A DNA stretch of 63,824 bases, filler included, from Nemertoderma westbladi (taxonomy: Eukaryota > Animalia > Xenacoelomorpha): NCBI GenBank assembly GCA_032718475.1. It is 3 parts of 3 records of this genome, joined end to end, with 100 filler letters (N's around TTAATTAATTAA, not from the genome) between each part and the next. Parts side by side here need not be neighbours in the genome. Positions count along the whole stretch, not along the records: positions 1 to 28,749 come from JAUCBJ010002977.1; 2 more parts are not named here. One strand, written 5' to 3'. Under the pieces are notes generated by a model that did no database searches, was not told the origin of the DNA, and saw only the letters and a list, made by a program, of their open reading frames with translations. Below are positions 1 to 11,509 of this stretch, piece by piece (position 1 is the first letter of the stretch; each line of letters begins with the position of its first letter). Made by a program: the position numbers and the translations under genes.

Positions 1-2
1 CT

Positions 3-1235
3 ATATACACGATCTTTGAAAACGCAGCACTTGCCGGTTGGCTAGCCGATGGGTGCAGTCGTACCATACGCGCCCATCCCTTAATACTTGGAACCAAACT
101 CGCCAAGTTAGATGAACACAATAAATTCATCCGCTTCGAATGTTTCAGGCGCTTTCTGACTCCGTTCCATAACGTTGATAGTCAGTTCAAGGACCGCGCT
201 CTGACCAAACTCAGCCTAAGAGACTCAGCTGCGGAGAAGCTAAATAGCGCGGGATTTGCTCTCTTTCAGGACGTTTGTATACAGAACTTACATTCATCTG
301 TTATACAAAGACCCCGAATACCCACGGGTTATTCTGTCGTGGAAGTTCAGACAGTGGGTCCGCTTGCGGAGACAGCCGCACCTACCTCAGCTATGCAATT
401 GGAAGACGAACCAATCTGCTTAGAGTCTGAAGCGATCCAGCCTACAGCACCCCGGAGCAGCGATAACGATTACGTCTTGGAGTGGTATCAAGGTCCACAA
501 TGTCTCACCGCATACGATTATCGACACGCCAACTATGTTTCTCAAAAACGTTGTCGATTATGCGCATCGAGAGACCATTTCACCCCTATGGACTCATACG
601 TACCCTGCTCCTATTTCCACGAACAGCCGATGATGGAGATCTATTGTGCGTATTGCAGACTTAATAACTCGCATATTTTTGCAGTCTGCCCCCAATTTAT
701 GACCCAATGTCACCACTGTCAACTTAAAGGACATGCCAGTTATAATTGCCCCTTTAACCGCGATTTAGAAAGCGTAGATGAGATGATTACCCTGCGCTAC
801 ATCCGAGCTTGGGAAGCGAACGCGGATTTACATTGTGAGGCCCGCCATCGCTACTACCCTGGACGCTCTTACGAGGGAGTTTACGCGTTCCATCCTTATT
901 TATTCGCGTCTGTGGAACAAAAAACACGCACACCGAGTTACGAACTAATGAAGCGTGTTGGTGAGTGTATTTCCACCAAATTTGTTCGAAAATATCTTAG
1001 GAACGTCAATCCTAATGATATTACTTCATACCATTTGATCAATTACATCCGTCAAGACCTGAGTATGGCGATTTATTTATCAACTCGCACCCTGAGTTAC
1101 AGGAAGTATCTCGATGGCCCTACGAATATCGAGCCCAAGAACGCGAGCTGGAAAGAACCATTAAACCAAGGAAGTTTCTCACCACTCACGGTCCACCTAC
1201 CGCCATTGTCCAGACGACCCGTCAAGGACCCGTAG
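3..1235 (+). CDS. 5'-partial ORF with three Cys/His zinc-knuckle-like motifs; last long ORF of an LTR retrotransposon
   Basis: Frame of the 339..1235 ORF is stop-free back to position 3 (IYTIFENAALAGW...). Motifs: CRLCASRDH..C, CAYCRLNNSHIFAVC and canonical CX2CX4HX4C CHHCQLKGHASYNC. Lies ~320 bp upstream of the PPT and LTR. Confidence 0.65.
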   Translation: MYTIFENAALAGWLADGCSRTIRAHPLILGTKLAKLDEHNKFIRFECFRRFLTPFHNVDSQFKDRALTKLSLRDSAAEKLNSAGFALFQDVCIQNLHSSVIQRPRIPTGYSVVEVQTVGPLAETAAPTSAMQLEDEPICLESEAIQPTAPRSSDNDYVLEWYQGPQCLTAYDYRHANYVSQKRCRLCASRDHFTPMDSYVPCSYFHEQPMMEIYCAYCRLNNSHIFAVCPQFMTQCHHCQLKGHASYNCPFNRDLESVDEMITLRYIRAWEANADLHCEARHRYYPGRSYEGVYAFHPYLFASVEQKTRTPSYELMKRVGECISTKFVRKYLRNVNPNDITSYHLINYIRQDLSMAIYLSTRTLSYRKYLDGPTNIEPKNASWKEPLNQGSFSPLTVHLPPLSRRPVKDP

Positions 1236-1559
1236 GAGCTGCTGTCCTAAGACGCACCCTAAAGGCCGTTAGACCTCGCTCCACTGAAGTTGATATCGAT
1301 CAACCAGGTACCTCGACCGGCGGATACACCGATCGTAATCCTAAACCTTCTGATGCAATTGTATTGCACCCGTTCACCCAGGAGTTACAGCCCTCCTAGT
1401 AAAGTGGCTCGCCCCAAAGAGAAAAGGACTCTTGCTAGCCTCAAAAAACTGCGTAAACGCCGTCCGCGTAAGAAAGACTAACTGTTTAGAGTATTTTTAT
1501 ATTTTAGAAACTGTGATTTGTTATATTTTATAGACTTAAATCCCATTTTCTGGGAGCGG

Positions 1560-2201
1560 TGTAAAGGCTTTTGCGTAATTAGCCGGTTATTTTCCCCGTA
1601 AAGTACTTTGTAGTTGGTTTAACAGGCATAAAAGGCCTTGTCCTTACTGTACTGTTGTTTTAGAGGACATAAAAGCCATTTCTTCTGTATGTGTACTTTA
1701 GCGGACATGATTAGCAATTTTATGACGCAATGCGCCAAATCCTCTGTAAACAGTGTAGCTACCATGACGACGGCTAACAGCTGATGCTGTATACGTGGAC
1801 CTTTTCTTTGTTCTCTGTTCCTTCTTTGTTCGGTCGACCAAGCAGAGCGTTTTTTGCCTCTGTGTTAGAGATTGTATATAGAAACTCGTGGAGTTGAGTC
1901 AGTATGTGATTTTGTCCACAGCCTACAACATCGGCTTTGGAACCTCCGTGTTTCAGTCTTTAGTCCAACATTAGTAGGCTTAATTATAGAACGTATATCC
2001 ATTATCTCACTCACTTAGCTAATCATACATAACATATCATATCTCAATAATCATAACTTACTCATTCATAACTTAACATTGTACTGCTATTTACTGTCGG
2101 TTATTCATTATTTGTTGATGGAATATTATATTTGGAATACTGATAAATAATCAGACACCCCAATCTTCTTGATATACTAAAGGTTAGAGAGACCGGTTAC
2201 A
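1560..2201 (+). mobile_element. 3' LTR of an LTR retrotransposon (BEL/Pao or Gypsy)
   Basis: Purine-rich tract GGGAGCGG (1552-1559) is followed directly by TGTAA. TTACA ending at 2201 completes 5-bp inverted termini. The partner LTR is outside the window. Confidence 0.6.
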
Positions 2202-2784
2202 TATAACGATTGCGACTTACATTAAGTGGTTTGAAGTGAATCTAATGCTATTTTATAGGCCCTACACGTATTGTCTGTTGTTCTCCTTATATGTGACTAA
2301 AATTAGTGAAGGTCGGCAGATTGGTGTGCAGCATTGTGCAGTATTGTGTATGATCGTGATTGATAACGAAGCATCTCCTAAAGAATGCGCCATATACGTG
2401 AATCTATAGCCATCCCGTTGTGTCTAGTTTAAGTCATAACTCTGTTTATATATTTAGAGCGCCACGTCCTAAAGGAACTGCTAATATTTCCCGAAAGTGA
2501 ATAATATTTGTCAGAGATTATATATATTACGATCAGTCGAATAATACGGTAGGCCTACACCGCAATACAATTAGGCTTCCGAATCCAGTCTCCCGGGTAT
2601 ATCCAACGGGTGAATGATCGCGCATAGACTGGCTTCGGCTAATGTAGTGTATCAAATACTTGTCATAGGCTAAAGACGATCTATTATCTAGAAGACATCC
2701 CAATTTGGCAGGTTAAACTGCTAAAGGTCTGAAAGCGCGAACAACTGTAGGCCTATACGTAATTGGAATTTGGTAATACAGTAT

Positions 2785-5700
2785 AACTTGGTAATTAACT
2801 TGAATCCGCGTTTTACACCCCTTCCCGAATCAATCAAATCTTGGTAATTAACTTGAATCCGCGTTTTACATCCCTTCCTGGATCTAGTAACACATTGTAA
2901 TTAAACTGAATCCGCGTTTTACACCCCTTCCCGGATACCGTAACACTTTGTAATTAACTTGAATCCGCGTTTTACACCCCTTCCCGGATCCATTAAAACT
3001 TGGCAATTAACTTGAATCCACATTTTACACCCCTTCCCGGATCCATCAAAACTTGGTAATTAACTTGAATCCGCATTTTACACCCCTTCTCGGATCTAGT
3101 AACACATTGTAATTAACCTGAATCCGCGTTTTACACCCCTTCCCGAATCAATCAAAACTTGGTATAACTTGAATCTGCGTTTTACACCCCTTCCCGGAAC
3201 CCGTAACACTTTGTAATTAACCGGAATCCGCGTTTTACACCCCTTCCCGGATCCATTAAAACTTGGCAATTAACTTGAATCCACATTTTACACCCCTTCC
3301 CGGATCCATCAAAACTTGGTAATTAACTTGAATCCGCGTTTTACACCTCTTCCCGGATCCATCAAAACTTGGTAATTAACTTGAATCCGCGTTTTACACC
3401 CCTTCCCGGATCCATCAAAACTTGGTAATTAACTTGAATCCGCGTTTTACACCCCTTCCCGGATCTAGTAACACATTGTAATTAACCTGAATCCGCGTTT
3501 AACACCCCTTCCCGGATCCAGTAACCCTTTATAATTAACCTGAATCCGCGTTTTATACCCCTTGACGGATGCATCAAAACTTGGTAATTAACTTGAATCC
3601 GCATTTTACACCCCTTCCCGGATCCCGTAACACTTTGTAATTAACCTGAATCCGCGTTTTACACCCCTTCCCGAATCAATCAAAACTTAATAATTAACTT
3701 GAATCCGCATTTTACACCCCTTTCCAGATCTAGTAAAACATTGTAATTAAACTGAATCCGCGTTTTACACCCCTTCCCGGATACCGTAACACTTTGTAAT
3801 TAACTTGAATCCGCGTTTTACACCCCTTCCCGGATCCATTAAAACTTGGCAATTAACTTGAATCCGCGTTTTACACCCCTTCCCGGATCCATCAAAACTT
3901 GGTAATTAACTTGAATCCGCGTTTTACACCCCTTCTCGGATCTAGTAACACATTGTAATTAACCTGAATCCGCGTTTTACACCCCTTCCCGGAACCCGTA
4001 ACACTTTGTAATTAACCGGAATCCGCGTTTTACACCCCTTCCCGGATCCATTAAAACTTGGCAATTAACTTGAATCCACATTTTACACCCCTTCCCGGAT
4101 CCATCAAAACTTGGTAATTAACTTGAATCCGCGTTTTACACCTCTTCCCGGATCCATCAAAACTTGGTAATTAACTTGAATCCGCGTTTTACACCCCTTC
4201 CCGGATCCATCAAAACTTGGTAATTAACTTGAATCCGCATTTTACACCCCTTCCCGGATCCCGTAACACTTTGTAATTAACCTGAATCCGCGTTTTACAC
4301 CACTTCCCGAATCAATCAAAACTTGGTAATTAACTTGAATCCGCGTTTTACACCCCTTCCCGGATCTAGTAACACATTGTAATTAACCTGAATCCGCGTT
4401 TTACACCCCTTCCCGAATCAATCAAAACTTGGTATAACTTGAATCTGCGTTTTACACCCCTTCCCGGAACCCGTAACACTTTGTAATTAACCGGAATCCG
4501 CGTTTTACACCCCTTCCCGGATCCATTAAAACTTGGCAATTAACTTGAATCCACATTTTACACCCCTTCCCGGATCCATCAAAACTTGGTAATTAACTTG
4601 AATCCGCATTTTACACCCCTTCCCGGATACCGTAACACTTTGTAATTAACCTGAATCCGCGTTTTACACCACTTCCCGAATCAATCAAAACTTGGTAATT
4701 AACTTGAATCCGCGTTTTACACCCCTTCCCGGATCTAGTAACACATTGTAATTAAACTGAATCCGCGTTTTACACCCCTTCCCGGATACCGTAACACTTT
4801 GTAATTAACTTGAATCCGCGTTTTACACCCCTTCCCGGATCCATTAAAACTTGGCAATTAACTTGAATCCACATTTTACACCCCTTCCCGGATCCATCAA
4901 AACTTGGTAATTAACTTGAATCCGCATTTTACACCCCTTCTCGGATCTAGTAACACATTGTAATTAACCTGAATCCGCGTTTTACACCCCTTCCCGAATC
5001 AATCAAAACTTGGTATAACTTGAATCTGCGTTTTACACCCCTTCCCGGAACCCGTAACACTTTGTAATTAACCGGAATCCGCGTTTTACACCCCTTCCCG
5101 GATCCATTAAAACTTGGCAATTAACTTGAATCCACATTTTACACCCCTTCCCGGATCCATCAAAACTTGGTAATTAACTTGAATCCGCGTTTTACACCCC
5201 TTCCCGGATCCATCAAAACTTGGTAATTAACTTGAATCCGCGTTTTACACCCCTTCCCGGATCCATCAAAACTTGGTAATTAACTTGAATCCGCGTTTTA
5301 CACCCCTTCCAGGATCCATTAAAACTTGGAAATGAATTTGAATCCGCGTTTTACACCCCTTCCCAGATCCATCAAAACTTGGTAATAAACTTGAATCCGC
5401 GTTTTACACCCCTTCCCGGATCCATTAAAACTTGGTAATTAACTTGAATCCGCGTTTTACACCCCTTCCCGGATCCATTAAAACATGGAAATTAAATTGA
5501 ATCCGCGTTTTACACCCCTTCCCGGATCCATCAAAACTTGGTAATTAACTTGAATCCGCGTTTTACACCCTTCCCGGATCCATCAAAACTTGGTAATTAA
5601 CTTGAATCCGCGTTTTACACCCTTCCCGGATCCATCAAAACTTGGTAATTAACTTGTATCCGCGTTTTACACCCCTTCCCGGATCCATCAAAACTTGGTA

Positions 5701-6450
5701 ATTAACTTGAATCCATGTTTTACACCCCTTCCCGGATCCATCAAACTTTGTAATTAACTTGAATCCGCGTTTTACACCCCTTCCCGGATCCATTAAAACA
5801 TGGAAATTAAATTGAATCCGCGTTTTACACCCCTTCCCGGATCCATCAAAACTTGGTAATTAACTTGAATCCGCATTTTACACCCTTCCCGGATCCATCA
5901 AAACTTTCTAATTAACTTGAATCCGCGTTTTACACCCCTTCCCGGATCCATCAAAACTTGGTAATAAACTTGAATCCGCGTTTTACACCCCTTCCCGGAT
6001 CCATTAAAACTTGGTAATTAACTTGAATCTGCGTTTTACACCCCTTCCCGGATCCATTAAAACATGGAAATTAAATTGAATCCGCGTTTTACACCCCTTC
6101 CCGGATCCATTAAAACATGGAAATTAAATTGAATCCGCGTTTTACACCCCTTCCCGGATCCATCAAAACTTGGTAATTAACTTGAATCCGCGTTTTACAC
6201 CCTTCCCGGATCCATCAAAACTTGGTAATTAACTTGAATCCGCGTTTTACACCCCTTCCCGGATCCATCAAAACTTGGTAATTAACTTGAATCCATGTTT
6301 TACACCCCTTCCCGGATCCATCAAAACTTTGTAATTAACTTGAATCCGTATTTTACACCCCTTCCCGGATCCATTAAAACTTGGAAATTAACTTGAATCC
6401 GAATTTTACACTCAATCCCGGATTGTGTAGAAAAATGAATCCACGTTTTA
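2785..6450. repeat. 53-bp tandem satellite (~69 units) with higher-order structure
   Basis: Unit AATTAACTTGAATCCGCGTTTTACACCCCTTCCCGGATCCATCAAAACTTGGT; period 53 measured between 5161 and 5214; degenerate right edge. Confidence 0.97.
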
Positions 6451-6479
6451 CACTCCATCCAGGATTTAGCCTAAAAAAT

Positions 6480-6725
6480 TACGTCATTTATGCTATACGT
6501 CTTTTTGAGATAAAAATTAAGCTCATAATCACCCACGGTTTGACTACTTACTGGCAACACCTGATCGCTAGTGACTTTAAAAACATAGACAAAATCGAAG
6601 CAACCTTTCTGAATCGCTGCCTGGGACTGCACAAAACTACCCGCAACTGCCTAGTATTCTCTCTATGTAATCGTCAACCGATTTGTGTCTCATTGCAATC
6701 TGAGCTCAGTCTCGATTTCCAGTTC
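6480..6725 (+). mobile_element. non-LTR (LINE) ORF2 post-RT fragment
   Basis: RLFEIKIKLIITHGLTTYW...IDKIEATFLNRCLGLHKTTRN resembles the post-RT region of LINE ORF2 proteins. Confidence 0.45.
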
Positions 6726-6845
6726 TACATGACTCACATGACCAGTTCTACAGGACTCCCATCCAGAGATTTAGTGTCCTCAGCATGGACGAACATATAG
6801 GAAAATATATGGACCCTTACAACACCAATATAACTCGATTTTAAT

Positions 6846-9320
6846 ATGTATTCGCCTCGAACGACATCTTTCAAACTCACTTCATATTTAAACTTAAACA
6901 AAAGGGCAATTAGCGATGTCAGGAACTGTCTCAAATTTAAATTAAACCAAGTACGCACGGTTCAACAAATTGATTATTTCAAATCCTGTCGAAATGCGAA
7001 ATTCCCACCCCAGTTCATGGCAACACGGATTCGGTCGGTACTCAAATTCTACCCCAGCTTATACGTATCACTCCTACAGAAAATGTTTCAGTTGGGGATC
7101 GTGAATAAATACAAACAGCTCTCTTGATCACAGGTTTGTTTTCGCACGTTTTACAACAGGCTTCTAAGAGAAGCCCAAGCTACAAGTGACTACAGCACGA
7201 TCGACTTCCTAACCTTTTGGTTACCTATCGTAGCCGACCGCGAAACTGAAGCTGCATGTAACCATTTGGATTACCAATTCGATTATAACATGGGCTTCTA
7301 CGCAATGGACCCGGCACTAACGCTAGATGTTGCTAACAACACCGGAGCGCGGCTACCACGTGACCCCCAACCCGATGACCCACTATCTACCAACCCTTTC
7401 CCGATCATGGAGGCTAGAATTAATAATCTATCTAGCACCACATTATCCAAGGATCAATAAGAGCTACTCGGGCTGGGATTTAGCTACATCCCTCACCGGG
7501 GCACTACATCCACCCATCATCGGTTTGAAGCAAAAGTAGATGTTTCCATTACAGCAACTAAATTGCGCAACAGATACAAACGGTTGAACAGCCTAGCGAA
7601 AACACCTCCAATTACTAAGGAACTACTACCCCAGGTAGCACACTGACCCCACAGAAAAGGAGCGCTGCCCCTCACCCCCCAGTTTATCAAACCCAACCGG
7701 CTAACAACCCCACTGTTAAGAAGCATGTACGTTCAGGGAGACGACATTGTCTCTTCCCCACTGTTAAACAGCCAACCCTCACGCATAGCCATCCACCCAA
7801 CATACCTTCCATACCAAATGTGGGTGTAGGCACCAGCACCCAATCTGCGTTTACCCTACCGCAACTGTCCACCTCAACGAGAACGCGGAGCAAGACCAGA
7901 GACCAGACTAACATCCCAGACCAGCCCTCCTGTCTAATAGCCGTTCCGAAGATTGATCTGACTAGCCCACTCCTGGGTCCTCCTGTCTCGGGACCAACAC
8001 CACAGACCCCCGTGCACGACCCGCAAACCGGAATTAAGTTACCTACTTGTCATTAGCAACAGCAGACACCCCATCAGCACGAACACGGTCGAAGACTACG
8101 GGAGTCATACCTGAGATTGATTACTTGAACCCCCTGCCACGACCACCCGATCCCCCCTTATTTACCCACGCCTGTTATGTATCTGCAAGGGTAGATGACT
8201 TCCGCATAGAATCGTATATAACGGACCTACACCGAGCCGTGGATAGAACTAAATGTATGAATCTAGATAAAACACACCCACCGAATCTATCTAATTGCCA
8301 CCAGAAGGCGCTAAAACAATTAAAGAGAAATAACAACGTCAGCTACCTCAAGGGTGATAAAACTGATAGCAATATCATGTTTGATCATGGTGACAAGGAT
8401 TTCGAAATTCATAGAATATTAGGAGATACTAATACTTACGAGAGGCTGCCTGGAGACCCAACTGCAAAATTTAGAGTTAGATGCAGAAAACTTCTAGATG
8501 GACTCACTATAACCAACCCCTTACTGAGGCTTCATCTATTCCCCAATACATTCACTACAGGTCACATGTTCATATCCCTAAAAGATCATAAGCCCAAAAA
8601 CGAATGGATCACCCACCCTAATGGCAAACTAATTCCCAAAGGTAGGCCAATTATTTCAAATACTGACGCGTTTTTCACGCCTTTGTCTAAACTAATGCAC
8701 TACTTCCTACATCCACTAGTAAGGGATGCTGCAAACTACCTAAAAAGTTCCCGAGACCTAAAACAGACACTCCCTACTAGGAACTCACAATACACTACAT
8801 TCATCACCATACACGTAATGTAATTGATATGTTTACTGCCATACCCCATGCACTAGGAATAGAAGCTGTAATGCAATCACTAAAAGAAGACAACACCCTC
8901 CCTTATCGATGTAAATTCTCTGCCGAGCAACTCGCAGATATACTCTCAGATATTCCTGTTACATCATAACTATTTCAAATATAAGGAGGGATTTTACTTA
9001 CAGATAGCAGGCGCGCCCATGGGCGGGAGTCACAGCGGTGACTACGCAATATTAACCTCCTACCACGTCATTAAACAGGCTATTAACACCTCACTGTACA
9101 CGCCATATTACTCCCGTACAGTAGTAGACGACAACCTTGGCATATTTAACTTCTGGATGACGGACGCAGAATTGAACAATATAGAAACCGCTTTCAATAC
9201 AGCATGCAGCCATCTGTATGGCTGCAATGCGATACAATTTACATTTAATTCATCACGAAAATCGATCAATTACTTAGACATTACTATCCAAGCCTTTCCA
9301 CTCACCATATCGAAAACCTA
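6846..9320 (+). mobile_element. degenerate Penelope-like element (N-terminus + RT), 3'-truncated
   Basis: PLE motifs in order across stops and frameshifts: INNLSSTTLSKDQ*ELLGLGFSYIP, LKGDK, LGDTNTYERLPGDP, KDHK..GRPIIS, DMFTAIP, YLQIAGAPMG, VVDD, FT..SINYLDITI. No GIY-YIG domain remains. Confidence 0.85.
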
Positions 9321-9582
9321 TGTTCAAGGATTTCTACTTACAATTATAGACTTTCATTTCTATATCTAGTAGAATCAATTTGTCTAGACTCAATCGTAGC
9401 AACTCAGTGTAAACATTTAATTCTATAAATGGGTCCGTTAATGTGCATTGTTCAACTATATTCTCATCAGCAAACAACACCGATATTATATAATAATGCA
9501 GTTATGGAATTATATTTTAGCCCTTATATCTTTTATTTACTTAAAAAGATATATAAAATATGTTGCTTAGCAGTTCTCATCT

Positions 9583-10916
9583 CTATTACTACTACTAGGA
9601 TCGGCATGCTGCATTGGAGCTGCATTTTTAAGAATGCTGTGCCGGCTTGTCGACAAAATTGCGCCGCCACAACTCCCTATCAGCCATGGGATTTGCTAGA
9701 TCATCCGCATCTTGTCCTTTAAGATGCGTCTCAAGAAAGTCATGGGCTGTCCACCATGCTTATTCACTCCATGAGGCTGCCAAAGTACAAGATTATGCAC
9801 TGGCTGGTCCCCACGGCGAATGCAATGTCCTGCAAAGCGGAGGCGATTTTGTTCTAGTGTCAAGCTTGGGGGAACCAATGAGACACCTCCAATGTTATAT
9901 AGTGTCTGGTTAGAGATGTGTGCATTGTACTTGACACAATGAACCCGGCGTAGCATTCTTGTGAATGTGCCATCCAGAGATTTGGTGTCCTCAGCAGTTA
10001 GAGCCCAGCATGGACTCCCATAGAGGAGTACTGGAACTACTGCTGCTCTAAATAATCGGACCTTAAGCTTCCGATTAATTCTCGGTGACTTCCAAATCAT
10101 GGAAAGCCTATTCAAGGCTGCCCATGCCTTTCCCTTACGTATTCGAAGGTCCTCACCTGAGTTCCGGATCCATGATCCCAGGTAACAGAAGTCATCCACA
10201 TGCTCAAGCATACCATCTTTTGAGCTTATGCTCATCCGATCAGAGACTTGCTGAGGACTTTCAAAGTTAACTGTCAAAATTTTGGTCTTTCTGGAGTTAA
10301 TAAAAAGACCAACACTAGAAGCAGCATGTTCTAATGAGCTGAGGAGCCATTGGGCTCCCTCTAGTGATTCTGAGAGTACTCCTAAGTCATCAGCAAAGTC
10401 TAGATCAGTTAGGTACTTGGTAGGATTTCCTCGACTTCTGGAGCCAGTAGGTGGAGTTATCATCACCCCATCATCATTATAATGATCTAAGGACATGCGT
10501 AGAACATAGTCAACCACAATTATGAACAAGAATGGTGCAAGTTTGTCTCCCTGGAGGACGCCCCATAACACTTCAAATGGTTCTGTGTCAGCGTCAACAG
10601 TAGACACAAATGTTGTCGAACCAAAAAGTAAATTTTCTTTGGCCACTAGGCCAGGGATTACGCACAAAGTCTGACGACTTATTTCCAGTGCGGTCCCCCC
10701 AGAACTTTACTCCCCAGAGGAAACTCCAGTACTCATTTAGCTACCACTTAAGAATGCAAGGCAGAGATGCGCCCTGGCTGGTCCCTTTAAAGCATTCGTG
10801 CCGAAACGAAAACTGCCCTGGCCCATGTGAGGATCGAACCCACGACCTACGGGAGATGTGAATTCAATGCAACCACTACACCAAGGTGGAACCTAAACCA
10901 TCGTATACTGATCTGA
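9583..10916 (-). mobile_element. RTE-clade LINE, 5'-truncated copy 1 (RT C-terminal half, TAG-repeat tail)
   Basis: GVLQGDKLAPFLF, LDFADDL, FCYLGS, KVRLFRAAVVPVLLYGS; short (TAG)n tail at 9583-9597; near-identical to the copies at 39.5 kb and 58.4-59.8 kb. Confidence 0.92.
10624..10895 (-). mobile_element. tRNA-derived SINE inserted in RTE copy 1
   Basis: Minus strand has A box TGGTGTAGTGG, B box GGTTCGATCC, core AAATGAGTAC and tail TTTACTTTTT. Flanked by AACCA duplication (10619-23, 10896-900). The empty site GTCGAACCATCGTATAC is present in RTE copy 3 (~59150). Confidence 0.85.
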
Positions 10917-11509
10917 TCTGACCTGATCTCTATTCCAGTCCGAACTGACGCTCGCGGATTTTAAAAACGAATGGTTTTTACACCAAATTAAATGGTTTTT
11001 TCACTATATAATTTTCACTAAAACATATATATTCCTCCACTGAAATATATTAATTATCACTAAAATATATTTTTTTATCAACAACAATATAGCTATAACC
11101 TGTTCTATTGAATAACATGCCACTGTAACCTGCTCCTGTCCCTTATTTATTGATAATACATTTAAGCGAAAATTAATATATTTTAGTGATTATTAATATA
11201 TTTCAGTGATTATTAATATTTTACTTTGAAAATTAATATTTTATTGATTTTCATGTTTATATTTAGTGAAAAATTATTATTTTTTAGCAGGTTGATGAAT
11301 GACTGCCTTTTAAAACGGCTCGAACGAACTTAGTTCCCTTTCAATCTAATGTATATCCCATTAGGGTGGCATTGTCAGCCAACGAGTATTACACCTTATA
11401 CTCGTGGAAAAGTATCAATAAATCGCTTACGTTCTAGAAATCGGAAGATGATTGGCTGATGAATCAGCGAGCCTGGAACCGTTTCAGGCAGTTCCACACA
11501 CAACACGCT

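Noticed and set aside
2785-6450. CRISPR-like pattern of constant repeat plus variable spacer
   Set aside because: The variable parts are only ~17 bp, mutually related and reused many times; there are no cas genes and the context is eukaryotic.
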